Positions 1 through 9,568 of a stretch of DNA of 64,000 nucleotides are shown piece by piece. A model generated the notes under the pieces. The model saw nothing but the letters and a program-made list of their open reading frames with translations, did no database searches and was not told where the DNA came from. The stretch's first letter is position 1; each line of letters opens with the position of its first letter. The DNA lies in NCBI RefSeq assembly GCF_028368995.1, contig NZ_JAQNDL010000002.1, positions 1,120,001 to 1,184,000 on the forward strand, in the 5' to 3' direction. The DNA is from Nannocystis bainbridge (GTDB lineage Bacteria > Myxococcota_A > Polyangia > Nannocystales > Nannocystaceae). The position numbers were made by a program, and so were the translations under genes.

Positions 1-1
1 C

Positions 2-880
2 CTCACGATCATCCCCGCGGGTCTCTTCTACACCGCCAAGGCGCGGTTCCGCAGCGACGCGCTGGTCTACTTCGGCGCCCCGCTGAGCGTGCCGCACGCC
101 CCGCTCGACGAGCGCGGCGAGCCGCCCGCCGGCGCGGTCGCGTCGCTGACCCGCGACATCGACGTGGCCCTGCGCGCCGTCACCTTGCACGGCGACGATC
201 ACGAGATCCTGTCGCTCGTCGAGCGCACCTCCGACATCTTCGCCGCCGCCAGCGAAGAGGCGTGGAGCGTCGCCGAGGCGTTCGAGCTGCGGCAGAAGCT
301 GCTCACCGGCCACGCGCGCCTGCGGGCCCGCGACCCTGCGCGCCTCGACGCGCTCATCGCCCGCGTGCTCCGCTACGAGCGCGACCTCGCCGAGCTCGGC
401 CTCGGCCCCGATCACCTCGCGCCCGAGACCATCACCTTCACCGCCAGCCTGCGCTACGCCCTCCGCAGCCTGTTCGCGCTCGGCGTCGTGTTCCCGCTCG
501 CGCTGGCCGGCACCGCGATCCACTACCCCGCGTACCGGGCCAGCGGCATGGTCGCCGCGCGCGTCGCCGGCAAGTACGAGGACATGGTCGCGACCGGCAA
601 GCTGCTCGCGGCCATGGCCTTCTTCCCGCTCACGTGGGTGCTCGTCGGCCTCGCCGCCGGTCAATTCGGGGGCCTGCGGGCCGGGCTCGTCGCGGGCCTG
701 CTGTTCGCGCCGCTCGCCGGCTGGGCCGCGCTCTCGTTCTGGGAGCGCTTCGCCACCGTGCGGGCCGCCGCGCACGGCCTCGGCCTGTTCTTCCTGCGCC
801 GTCATCTGCTCACGCACCTGAGCGACGAGCGGCGGGCCATCCGCGCCGAGATCCTCGCGCTCGCCGAAGTCGTCGCCTGA
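2..880 (+). CDS. C-terminal part of a glycerol-3-phosphate/lysophospholipid acyltransferase-family membrane protein (5' truncated)
   Basis: Frame open from the window edge (LTIIPAGLFYTAKARFRSDALVYFGAP resembles the acyltransferase IxPxGLxY...FRS...FGxP motif), followed by hydrophobic TM segments. Confidence 0.6.
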   Translation, partial: LTIIPAGLFYTAKARFRSDALVYFGAPLSVPHAPLDERGEPPAGAVASLTRDIDVALRAVTLHGDDHEILSLVERTSDIFAAASEEAWSVAEAFELRQKLLTGHARLRARDPARLDALIARVLRYERDLAELGLGPDHLAPETITFTASLRYALRSLFALGVVFPLALAGTAIHYPAYRASGMVAARVAGKYEDMVATGKLLAAMAFFPLTWVLVGLAAGQFGGLRAGLVAGLLFAPLAGWAALSFWERFATVRAAAHGLGLFFLRRHLLTHLSDERRAIRAEILALAEVVA

Positions 881-1024
881 GCCGCGCACCGGCCCGAGGT
901 CCCGCGCACCTCGGGTCATGGGAAGATGCGTCCGCCGAAACTGTCATCGGCGTTACAGAAAGAATTGTCGCTCTGCGGGCGATCTGCGCCGAGCCCGCTG
1001 TGCCGCGCGATGCCGCGCTGAGCT

Positions 1025-3778
1025 ATGACTGAGCCCGCCGTGAACGCACCGCACACCTCGGCAGACACGCCGGTCATGCGCCAGTTCCTCGACATCAAGC
1101 GTCAGTTCCCTGACGCGATCGTGATGTTCCGGATGGGCGACTTCTACGAGATGTTCTTCGACGACGCGCTCACCGTCGGGCCCGTTCTCGAGATCGCCGT
1201 CACCACCCGCGACAAGGGCGAGGTCGAGAACCCGGTGCCGATGGCGGGCGTGCCGTACCACGCGATCGGCGGCTACCTGCGGACCCTGGTCGAGCGCGGC
1301 TTCAAGGTCGCGATCTGCGAGCAGATGGAGACCCCGGAGCAGGCTCGCCTGCGCAAGGGCCCGAGCAAGATCGTCCGCCGCGAGGTCGTCCGCGTCGTCA
1401 CCCCTGGCGTGCTGGTCGACGAGGAGCACCTGCGCGGCGAGGAACCCAACTACCTGGTCGCGCTGGCCCACGACGCCGCCGGCACCTACGGGCTCGGCGC
1501 GCTCGACATCTCGTGCGGCGAGTTCTTCGTCGTCACCTGCGAGGGCGCCGGCGCGGTGCGGGCCGCGCTGTCGCGCCTGGCGCCGCGCGAGATCGTGTGC
1601 GAGCCGGGGCTGCACCCGTGGCTGGGGCTCGAGCTCGGGCCGCTGTGCCCGCGGCTCGAGGGCCGCGATCCGGCCGCCGTCGGCGCCGCCCAGCTGGCCC
1701 GCGTCAAGCGCCTGCGCGAGGAGAGCGGCGGCGAGGCGCTGGCGCCGGTCGAGGCGCAGGCCGCCGCGCTCGCGCTGGCCTACGCCGAGGACACCCAGCC
1801 GGGCCAGACCTTGCTGCTGCATCGACTGCGGCGCCAGGCCTTCGAGGCCCACCTCGTGCTCGACGACGCCTCGCTGCGCAACCTCGAGGTGTTCCGCACG
1901 CTGCGCGACGGCCAGCGCAAGGGCAGCCTGCTGTGGGCCGTCGACGCCACCCGCACCGCCATGGGCGCGCGCCTGCTGCGGGCCTGGCTCGGCGCCCCTC
2001 TGCGCGCGCTCGGGGCCATCCGCGAGCGCCACGACGCCATCGAGGCCCTGCTCGCCGAGCCGCGCGTGCGCGGCGACCTGCAGGACCGCCTCAAGGACGT
2101 CCGCGACATCGCCCGCCTGGCCGCGCGCGCCCGCCTCGGCACCGTCAGCCCGCGCGAGCTGGCGGCCCTGCGCCAGTCGCTGGCGGCGTTGCCCGGGGTC
2201 GCCGCGCTGCTGCAGGAGCTGGCCCGCCGGCGCATCCCGCTGCTCACCGAAGGACAGGTCCCCGAGGACATGTCCGAGGGGACATGCGCCAAGAGCCAGG
2301 CCGAAGCCGCCCGCCTGCCGGTCCTGCTCGACCTCGGCGAGGACCTGCTGCAGGACGTCCACGCCGCGCTGGTCCGCCTGCTGGTCGACGAGCCGCCGGC
2401 CCACCAGCGCGACGGCGGCATGATCCGCGCCGGCGCCGACCCGGAGCTCGATCGCCAGCTCGGCCTGCGCGACGGCGGCCGCGAGGCGCTGGCGGCCATC
2501 GAGGCCCGCGAGCGCGAGCGCACCGGCATCGCCAACCTCCGCGTCCAGCACAACCGCGTGTTCGGCTACTACATCGAGGTCCTCAAGACCCAGCTGTCGC
2601 GCGTGCCGGCCGAGTACGTGCGCAAGCAGACCACCGCCAACGCCGAGCGCTACGTGACCGCCGAGCTGGCCGAGCACGAGACCGCGGTGCTCGGCGCCGT
2701 CGCGGCCGCGCTCGAGCGCGAGCAGCAGCTGTTCACCGCGCTGCGCGAGCAGGTCTCGGCGGCCGGCGATCGCCTATTGGCCGCCGCCGAGGGGCTGGCG
2801 CGGCTCGACGTGCTGGCCGGGCTGGCGGAGATCGCCGAGGACCACGCGTATGTCCGTCCGGACATGGTCGAAGAGCCAGTCCTCGACATCGAGGAGGGCC
2901 GCCACCCGGTCGTCGAGCGCATGCTCGACGCCGGCCGGTTCGTGCCCAACAACCTGGCCCTGCGCGCCTCGACCACCGCGAACACCGGGGCAGGGCGGCT
3001 GATGCTGCTGACCGGCCCCAACATGGGCGGCAAGAGCACGGCGATGCGCATGGCGGCGCTGGTGGCGATCCTCGCCCACGCCGGCGCCTTCGTGCCGGCG
3101 GTGCGGGCCCGCGTCGGCGTCGTCGACCGCGTGTTCACCCGCGTCGGCGCCGCCGACGACCTCGGCCGCGGCGAGTCGACCTTCATGGTCGAGATGCGCG
3201 AGGCCGCCCAGATCTTGAGCCAGGCGACCCCGCGCAGCCTGGTCCTGCTCGACGAGATCGGCCGCGGCACCGCGACCTACGACGGCCTCGCGCTGGCGTG
3301 GGCGATCACCGAATTCCTCCACGACCAGATCGGCTGCCGCGCGCTGTTCGCCACCCACTACCACGAGCTCACGCAGCTGCAGGCGCGCCTGGTCGGGCTG
3401 CGCAACGCCCACGTCACCGTGCACGAGGAGCGCGGCAGCATCGTGTTCCTGCACCGCGTCGAGGCCGGGCCGGCCGAGCGCAGCTACGGCATCCAGGTCG
3501 GCCGTCTCGCCGGCCTGCCGGCGTCGGTGCTGCGGCGGGCGCAGAAGCTGCTCACGCGCCTGGAGCAGGCCCAGGGCGAGGCGCGGCCGCTGCCGCAGCT
3601 CGACCTGTTCGCGGCCCCGACGCCGCCGCCGCAGGTCGTCGACGCCGCTCCGCCGGCCCTGGCCGCGATCCTGGCCGATCTGCGGGCTCTCCACCCCGAC
3701 GAGCTGAGCCCGCGCCACGCGCACGAGGCCCTGCGTCGGCTCCACGAGCGCCTGGTCGCGGTCGAAGGCGGCAGCTGA
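1025..3778 (+). CDS. mutS: DNA mismatch repair protein MutS
   Basis: TPVMRQF, FRMGDFYEMFFDDA, TGPNMGGKST Walker A, STFMVEM, DEIGRGT, LFATHYHEL, SYGIQV. Confidence 0.97.
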   Translation: MTEPAVNAPHTSADTPVMRQFLDIKRQFPDAIVMFRMGDFYEMFFDDALTVGPVLEIAVTTRDKGEVENPVPMAGVPYHAIGGYLRTLVERGFKVAICEQMETPEQARLRKGPSKIVRREVVRVVTPGVLVDEEHLRGEEPNYLVALAHDAAGTYGLGALDISCGEFFVVTCEGAGAVRAALSRLAPREIVCEPGLHPWLGLELGPLCPRLEGRDPAAVGAAQLARVKRLREESGGEALAPVEAQAAALALAYAEDTQPGQTLLLHRLRRQAFEAHLVLDDASLRNLEVFRTLRDGQRKGSLLWAVDATRTAMGARLLRAWLGAPLRALGAIRERHDAIEALLAEPRVRGDLQDRLKDVRDIARLAARARLGTVSPRELAALRQSLAALPGVAALLQELARRRIPLLTEGQVPEDMSEGTCAKSQAEAARLPVLLDLGEDLLQDVHAALVRLLVDEPPAHQRDGGMIRAGADPELDRQLGLRDGGREALAAIEARERERTGIANLRVQHNRVFGYYIEVLKTQLSRVPAEYVRKQTTANAERYVTAELAEHETAVLGAVAAALEREQQLFTALREQVSAAGDRLLAAAEGLARLDVLAGLAEIAEDHAYVRPDMVEEPVLDIEEGRHPVVERMLDAGRFVPNNLALRASTTANTGAGRLMLLTGPNMGGKSTAMRMAALVAILAHAGAFVPAVRARVGVVDRVFTRVGAADDLGRGESTFMVEMREAAQILSQATPRSLVLLDEIGRGTATYDGLALAWAITEFLHDQIGCRALFATHYHELTQLQARLVGLRNAHVTVHEERGSIVFLHRVEAGPAERSYGIQVGRLAGLPASVLRRAQKLLTRLEQAQGEARPLPQLDLFAAPTPPPQVVDAAPPALAAILADLRALHPDELSPRHAHEALRRLHERLVAVEGGS
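2243..2298. repeat. 4-unit array of the 14-bp TGTCC-N4-GGACA palindrome inside mutS
   Basis: ctcac-cgaa-ggaca / ggtcc-ccga-ggaca / tgtcc-gagg-ggaca / tgcgc-caag-agcca in 14-bp phase. Confidence 0.8.
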
Positions 3779-3961
3779 GTGCCTGTCCTTCGGGCCATGT
3801 CATGTCGTGAGGCGGCGAGGCGCACAGGTCCGCGGCCCTGCACTCCAGCGGCTCCAGGCAGCTGTCGCGGTTCCGGGGCGCGGCCTGAGCGTGCGGGTTC
3901 GCAAGCGTCACCCGCATCCGAGGACTCAACGCGCGCGCCCGTCCGCGGCAAGCTCGCCTTC

Positions 3962-4939
3962 ATGCCTCTCGTGCGCCTCCGCCTGAGCGTGCTCGCCCTC
4001 GCGGCGACCTCGCTCGCCTGTCCCGCGCTGGTCCCCGACGCCCAGGACAGCGACGACGGCGGGGCCTCCGACAGCTCGTCCTCGGAGCCGGCGCCGCCCG
4101 ACCTGCCGCCGCCGGGCCCGCAGGACGTCGTCGTCGCCACCTTCAACGTGCACCGCTTCTTCGACACGAAGTGCGACAGCGCCACGTGCGGCAACGGGGC
4201 CTACGAAGAGGTCTACTCGCAGGCCGAGTTCACCTACCGCGCCGACCAACTCGCCGACGCCATCGACGAGATGCAGGCCGACATCGTGATGCTGCAAGAG
4301 GTCGAGAGTCAGGCCTGCATCGACGCGCTGGTCGATCGCCTGCCGCAGTTCGAGACCGCGTTCATCGGCGAGACCGGCTTCGTCGCGTCGATCGACACCG
4401 CGATCCTCTCGCGCCTGCCGCTCATCGAGATCCGCAGCCACGGCAAGGCCCCGATCCCGCTGCCCGGCGGCGGCTCGACCCACTTCGCCCGCGACTACCT
4501 CGAGGCCCACCTCGACGCCGGCGGCCGGCGCCTGATCGCCTTTGTCGCCCACTTCAAGTCGAAGAACGACGACGACCCCGATCGCCGCCTGGCCGAGGCG
4601 AACGCCGCCCGCGACCTCATCGACCTCGCCGCCGACAACTACCCCGACGCGCTCGTGCTCATGGGCGGCGATCTCAACGACGTGCCCCAGTCGGAGCCGC
4701 TGCAGGCGATCGAGGCCGGCGGCGGCACCGTGCGCGTCGCCGAGGAGCTCGGCGACGACGACTGGACGTACGTCTACGACGGCGACACGCGCGCCATCGA
4801 CCACCTCTACCTGTCGACCCGCAGCGGCGGCGGCAGCTTCGTCAAGGGCAGCGCCCGCGTCCTCCGCGGCGCCGGCACCGACGGCTGGGGCGGCTCGGAC
4901 CACGCGGCCGTGCGCGGCACCTTCCGCGTCGGTGGCTGA
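3962..4939 (+). CDS. Endonuclease/exonuclease/phosphatase (EEP) family lipoprotein
   Basis: Lipobox-like SLAC, VATFNV, LQEVE, AHFKS, GGDLND, IDH, SDH motifs. Confidence 0.85.
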   Translation: MPLVRLRLSVLALAATSLACPALVPDAQDSDDGGASDSSSSEPAPPDLPPPGPQDVVVATFNVHRFFDTKCDSATCGNGAYEEVYSQAEFTYRADQLADAIDEMQADIVMLQEVESQACIDALVDRLPQFETAFIGETGFVASIDTAILSRLPLIEIRSHGKAPIPLPGGGSTHFARDYLEAHLDAGGRRLIAFVAHFKSKNDDDPDRRLAEANAARDLIDLAADNYPDALVLMGGDLNDVPQSEPLQAIEAGGGTVRVAEELGDDDWTYVYDGDTRAIDHLYLSTRSGGGSFVKGSARVLRGAGTDGWGGSDHAAVRGTFRVGG

Positions 4940-4948
4940 CGGCCGCGG

Positions 4949-5008
4949 CGCTTCCATCGCCCCGCGTCGCTTCCATCGCCCCGCGTCGCTCCGAGCGCCC
5001 CGCGTCGC
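4949..5008. repeat. 19-bp intergenic tandem repeat (about 3 copies)
   Basis: cgcttccatcgccccgcgt x2 plus degenerate cgctccgagcgccccgcgt. Confidence 0.8.
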
Positions 5009-5064
5009 AGGCGGACCCCACGGCGCCGGCGCGCGGCTGTGATACCGTGAGTCCGAGTCTCGGC

Positions 5065-6735
5065 ATGCGCTCCTCGCCGCTCTTCCCGCTGCTCGCCGCG
5101 CTCGCGCTGCCGGTCGCGTGCGCGCGCGAGGAGTTCGCGCCGGAGCGATCGGTCGTGTGCGAGGGCGCGGTCGAGGTCCCCGATCCGGCCCTGCGCGCGC
5201 TGCTCCTCGACATCCTCGACGATCCCGAGGCGAACGACAGCACCACCGGCGAGCCCGTCCTCACGGCCGCGTCGCTGGCCACGCTCACCGGGCTACAGGC
5301 CGCCGAGCGCGGGATCGTCGACCTGCAGGGCCTCGAGTGCGCCGTCAACCTCCGCACCCTCGGCCTCGCGCGCAACGAGATCGTCGACATCCGCCCGCTC
5401 ACCTGGTTGGGCGAGCTGCGGGAGGTCGAGCTGTCGGAGAACCCGATCGCCGGCCACGACCCGCTGGCGCGCCTCGTCAAGCTCGAGAAGCTCGTGCTCG
5501 GCGGCGCCGGCGTGAAGTCGATCGCCTTTGTCGCCGGCATGACCGCGCTGCGCCACCTCGACGTCGCCCGCGGCGAGGTCGGCGACATCGGCCCGCTCGC
5601 CGGCCTCGGCCGGATCGAGTCGCTCGTCCTCTCCGACAATCAGATCGCGGACATCGGCCCGCTCGCCGGCCTGCACGAGTTGTTCGCGCTCTCGCTCGAC
5701 GGCAACGCGATCGCCGACATCGGTCCGCTCGCTGCGCTGGCGCGGCTCGAGTACCTCGACATCGACGAGAACGCGATCGACTCGCTGGCCCCGCTGGCCG
5801 GCCTCACCCGCATGCGCCGGATCGAGGCCAACGCCAACGCGATCACCGACACCCGCGGCCTCGCCGGCAAGCCCGACCTCGTCGAGCTCGGGCTCGAGAA
5901 GAACCAGATCGCCGCGCTCGCCGATCTCAGCGGACTCACCGGCCTCGTCACCCTCGACCTCGACGAGAACCTGCTCACCAGCCTCGATGGCCTCGAGGTC
6001 CTGGTGGAGCTGCGCAACCTGACCGCCCGGATCAACGCCATCGCCGACATCAGCGCCGTCGTCGGGCTCACCGACCTGCGGCGCCTCGACCTGCGCGACA
6101 ACCCCGGCCTCGTCGACCTCACGCCGGTCGCGGGCTTGCAGTACCTCGACTACCTCGGCCTCGGCGGGCAGGGCGTCGCCCCCGACCTCGCGCCGCTGAC
6201 CGGCCTCCCGCTGCTGCGCCAGCTCGACGTCATCGACGGCGCCACCACCGAGTACGGCGTGCTCACCAGCTTGCCCGCGCTCCGGGTCCTGCGGCTGCTC
6301 AACGCCCCGCTCGACGTCGCCGACCTCGAGGCCATCGCCGGCGCCACCGCGCTCACCACCCTCGACATCTCCGGCGCGCCGGTGACCGACCTCGGCCCGC
6401 TCGCGCCGCTCACCGGCCTCGTCGACTTCTCCGCCAGCGGCACCCGGATCAACGCCCTGGGCCCCGTCACCGACTGGCTCGAGCTCGATTTCCTCCGCGT
6501 CGCCCGCACCCCGCTGAAGAGCCTCGCCGGCGTCGAGACCGTGCTCGGCGTCGACCAGATCGACATCAGCGACACTGAGGTCGACGACATCTCGCTGCTG
6601 CTCGGGCTCAAGGCGTTCCGCAAGAACGACCGCCTCGACGCCCGTGGCAGCCGGCTCGACGACGGCGACTGCGACGACATCCGCGCCCTCCGCGAGCGCG
6701 GCGTCAACGTCCTCGCCGACCCGACGTGCGAGTGA
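5065..6735 (+). CDS. Leucine-rich-repeat (internalin-like) lipoprotein
   Basis: Signal peptide ending PVAC, cap DPALRA...DLQGLE, many 22-aa LxxLxLxxNxIxDIxPL repeats. Confidence 0.9.
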   Translation: MRSSPLFPLLAALALPVACAREEFAPERSVVCEGAVEVPDPALRALLLDILDDPEANDSTTGEPVLTAASLATLTGLQAAERGIVDLQGLECAVNLRTLGLARNEIVDIRPLTWLGELREVELSENPIAGHDPLARLVKLEKLVLGGAGVKSIAFVAGMTALRHLDVARGEVGDIGPLAGLGRIESLVLSDNQIADIGPLAGLHELFALSLDGNAIADIGPLAALARLEYLDIDENAIDSLAPLAGLTRMRRIEANANAITDTRGLAGKPDLVELGLEKNQIAALADLSGLTGLVTLDLDENLLTSLDGLEVLVELRNLTARINAIADISAVVGLTDLRRLDLRDNPGLVDLTPVAGLQYLDYLGLGGQGVAPDLAPLTGLPLLRQLDVIDGATTEYGVLTSLPALRVLRLLNAPLDVADLEAIAGATALTTLDISGAPVTDLGPLAPLTGLVDFSASGTRINALGPVTDWLELDFLRVARTPLKSLAGVETVLGVDQIDISDTEVDDISLLLGLKAFRKNDRLDARGSRLDDGDCDDIRALRERGVNVLADPTCE

Positions 6736-6768
6736 GCGCGCGCGGTGCCTGCCTCGAAGACGGCCTGG

Positions 6769-7007
6769 AGCGAGGTCGGCACGACCGTCATCGACGCGGA
6801 CCAAACCCGCCGGCACGAGGCGAGCAGCCGGCGTGCTCGTGATCAGCGCCGAAGCACCTGCGGCACGACGCGAGCTGAAGACGCGCTCTTAGCGAGGTCG
6901 GTCAGCCGTGATCAGCGCCGAAGAACCTGCCGATCCGACGGGGGCCGAAGCCGCGCCAGCGAGACCGGCCAGACCGTGATCGTCGCCGTCGAACCCGCCG
7001 CCGCGAC
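6769..7007. repeat. Degenerate ~50-70-bp period repeat upstream of xerC
   Basis: cgtgatcagcgccgaagNacctgc at 6838 and 6907, with related units at 6786 and 6975. Confidence 0.6.
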
Positions 7008-7048
7008 GCAAATTTCGTGACCCGGCGGGCCCGCGCTACACCTCGGGC

Positions 7049-8044
7049 ATGCGCGACGCCGTCGAGCGCTTCCTCGAGCACCTGCGGGACGAGCGGCGGC
7101 TCTCGCCGCACACCCTCCGCGCCTACCGCGGCGACCTCCTCGATTTCCTCGACCGCTTCGAGGCTCGCCGCGGGCGCCCGGCCGAGCTCGCCGACCTGGG
7201 CGTGCGCGAGGTCCGGGCCGACCTCGCCGAGCGCTTCAGCGAGCAGGCCGCAAGCACCTCCGCGCGCAAGCTCTCCACCTTGCGCAGCTTCGCCGAGTTC
7301 CTGCGCAGGCGCGGCGAGCTGCCCGACAACGAGGCCGCGCTGGTGCGTCGGCCCAAGCTGCCGCAGCGCCTGCCGGTCGCTCTCCCGGTCGAGGATCTCA
7401 CCGACATGATCGATGGTCCTGGCCACGCCGACGGCGTGCTCGGCCTGCGCGACCGCGCGATCCTCGAGATCCTCTACGGCGCCGGCCTGCGCGTCGGCGA
7501 GTGCGTCGCCCTCGACCTCGAGCACCTGCGCTGGGACAGCGACGCGCTGACCCTGCGGGTCGTCGGTGGCAAGGGCAACAAGGACCGCGAGGTCCCGCTC
7601 GGGGCGCCTGGCGCCGCCGCGGTGCGGGCCTGGCTCGGCGTCCGCGAGAAGATGCTGCCGCCGGGTCAGCCCCTGTCCGAGAGCACAGGTTCGAAGCGCG
7701 GCGCCGCCAGGGGCGAGCGGGCGCTGTTCCTCGGCCGCCGCGGCCAGCGGCTCGGCGATCGCAGCGTGCGGGCCCTCGTCTACCGCCGCTGCGAGGCCAC
7801 CGGCGCGCGCGCCCGGGTCGGCCCGCACGGCCTGCGCCACAGCTTCGCCACCCACCTGCTCGAGGGCGGCTGCGACCTGCGCAGCATCCAGGCCATGCTC
7901 GGCCACGCCAGCCTCAGCACCACCCAGCGCTACACCCACCTCGACCTCGGCCGGATCGTCGACGTCTACGAGCGCGCCCACCCGCGCGCCCGGGCGGCCG
8001 CCCCCGCGCAGCCGGCCGAAGCCCGTCCGCGCCGGCGCGCCTGA
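7049..8044 (+). CDS. xerC: Tyrosine recombinase XerC
   Basis: ERRLSPHTLRAY N-terminus; catalytic GLRVGE, GKGNK, HGLRHSFATHLLEGG, LGHASLSTTQRYTH. Confidence 0.9.
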   Translation: MRDAVERFLEHLRDERRLSPHTLRAYRGDLLDFLDRFEARRGRPAELADLGVREVRADLAERFSEQAASTSARKLSTLRSFAEFLRRRGELPDNEAALVRRPKLPQRLPVALPVEDLTDMIDGPGHADGVLGLRDRAILEILYGAGLRVGECVALDLEHLRWDSDALTLRVVGGKGNKDREVPLGAPGAAAVRAWLGVREKMLPPGQPLSESTGSKRGAARGERALFLGRRGQRLGDRSVRALVYRRCEATGARARVGPHGLRHSFATHLLEGGCDLRSIQAMLGHASLSTTQRYTHLDLGRIVDVYERAHPRARAAAPAQPAEARPRRRA

Positions 8045-8166
8045 GCGGCCGCGCGGGGTGCAGGGCGCTGCGTGGGCGCGAACGAGGCGAGCGAGCGGAG
8101 CAGGGCGCTGCGTGGGGCGCGACCGAGGCGAGCGCAGCAAGGCGCGCCGCCGCGTACTCTACAAAA

Positions 8167-8250
8167 TGTCCTCGAAGACATGCTCATGAGGGCATGTCCT
8201 CACGAGCATGTTCGATCGTTCATGTCCTTTCGAGCATGCTCTTTCAGGCA
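8167..8250. repeat. 6-unit array of the 14-bp palindrome, between xerC and the M23 peptidase gene
   Basis: tgtcc-tcga-agaca, tgctc-atga-gggca, tgtcc-tcac-gagca, tgttc-gatc-gttca, tgtcc-tttc-gagca, tgctc-tttc-aggca in exact 14-bp phase. Confidence 0.9.
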
Positions 8251-8278
8251 CGCCCCGGCGCCCGCCGCCAGTCGCGCC

Positions 8279-9391
8279 TCACAGCGTCGCGTCGAGCAGC
8301 ACCTCGGCCGTGCCGCGCTGCTTGCGTTCGATGCGGTCGGTCGCGGTGCGGCGCACGCGGTCGTTGCGGACCGGCATCTCGCGCTCGTACCAGGCCCCGT
8401 CGATGTACACGTCCACGAACGGCGCGGGCAGCCCGAGCTCGCCCTGCGGCGAAGTCGTCTTGGTGGCCACGTGGAAGTGGATGTGCGGCCCGCTGCTGTG
8501 GCCCGAGTTGCCGACCTTGCCGAGCTCCTGGCCGAGCTCGACCTTGTCGCCGACCTTCACCTTCACCGTGCCCGGGATCATGTGCCACAGCGACGACGCC
8601 TCGCCGAAGCCGTGGTCGATCACCACCCCGTTGCCGCCGCCCTCGCCGGTCGCCCCGGGGCCGTTCTCGGCCACGTCGTTGACGGCGCGCATCACCGTCC
8701 CGGCGGCCGGCGCCAGCACCGGGTAGCCGTAGCAGTACGAGGCCTTGTTGCCGCTGCCGCCGACCGGCTTGCTGCGCCCGCCCTTCATCACGACCATGTC
8801 GTAGGCGAACCGCTGGCCGCGGTGATTGTGGTGGTAGTTCGTCATGCGCCGCGGGCCGCCGTGCACGACGGTCCACTCGCCGGTGCTCACGAAATGCAGC
8901 CGCGTCACCGTCGAGTAGCGGCGCGCCGGGCCGGCGATCTGCTCGAACGCCAGGTGCTCGCGGACCAGCAGGCGGTCGAGCGCGCGGTCGGGCGTGACGG
9001 CGAACTGGAACAGCACCAGCCGCACCTTGCGATCGGGCGCGCCGGCCTTGCCGCGGGCGTAGACCACCAGCCCCGAGTACCAGGTCAGGTCGCCCTCCTT
9101 GTGGACCTTCTCTTCGAGGATGCCGATCGGCTGGCCGTAGCGGGTGCGCAGGCGTTCACCGGTCGCCGCCAGCTCGGGCGGGCGGACCACCGTCTTGAGG
9201 CTGGGAGACATCCACGCGTGCAGCTCCGACACGCGGCCGAGGAGCAGCCCGTTGATCAGGCGATCCGCCTCCGGCATCAGCTCGGAGGTCGGCTTCAGCG
9301 ACGCCTGGTTGGGGGCGCGCAAGTCCTTGGGCTTGCAGCCGAGCCCGGCGGCCAGCGACAGCGCGACGACGAGGACCCGCAGCGGGTGCAT
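8279..9391 (-). CDS. M23 family metallopeptidase lipoprotein
   Basis: GLGC lipobox; VLAPAAGTV, GNGVVIDHG, GKVGNSGHSSGPHIHF (HxH). Confidence 0.9.
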   Translation of the reverse strand: MHPLRVLVVALSLAAGLGCKPKDLRAPNQASLKPTSELMPEADRLINGLLLGRVSELHAWMSPSLKTVVRPPELAATGERLRTRYGQPIGILEEKVHKEGDLTWYSGLVVYARGKAGAPDRKVRLVLFQFAVTPDRALDRLLVREHLAFEQIAGPARRYSTVTRLHFVSTGEWTVVHGGPRRMTNYHHNHRGQRFAYDMVVMKGGRSKPVGGSGNKASYCYGYPVLAPAAGTVMRAVNDVAENGPGATGEGGGNGVVIDHGFGEASSLWHMIPGTVKVKVGDKVELGQELGKVGNSGHSSGPHIHFHVATKTTSPQGELGLPAPFVDVYIDGAWYEREMPVRNDRVRRTATDRIERKQRGTAEVLLDATL

Positions 9392-9568
9392 GCCGGCGCC
9401 ATCCTAGCCGTTCTCTCGCATCCTTCACCGGGGCGTCCGCGCGCGCACGCCGACTCGCGCGCGCACGCGGGAGCGGCGTGGGGTCCGCGGATCGGGCGCG
9501 ATTTCGTGACGATCTTCACCTTGTTCGGCGCGCGGACGCGAGCGTCCGGGGGTACGCTCGTTTTCGCC

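Noticed and set aside
2261-2284. GGACATGTCC junction matching the p53 half-site RRRCWWGYYY
   Set aside because: Coincidental; isolated copies show the unit is TGTCC-N4-GGACA, and no p53-like protein is evident
5065-6735. LRR protein as an internalin virulence factor
   Set aside because: No LPXTG/GW anchor; LRR lipoproteins are common in environmental bacteria
7049-8044. xerC as a prophage/island integrase
   Set aside because: XerC-type size and motifs, host codon usage, no att repeats or cargo seen
8167-8250. 14-bp arrays as CRISPR
   Set aside because: The units abut with only 4-nt variable centres; no 25-45 nt spacers and no cas genes
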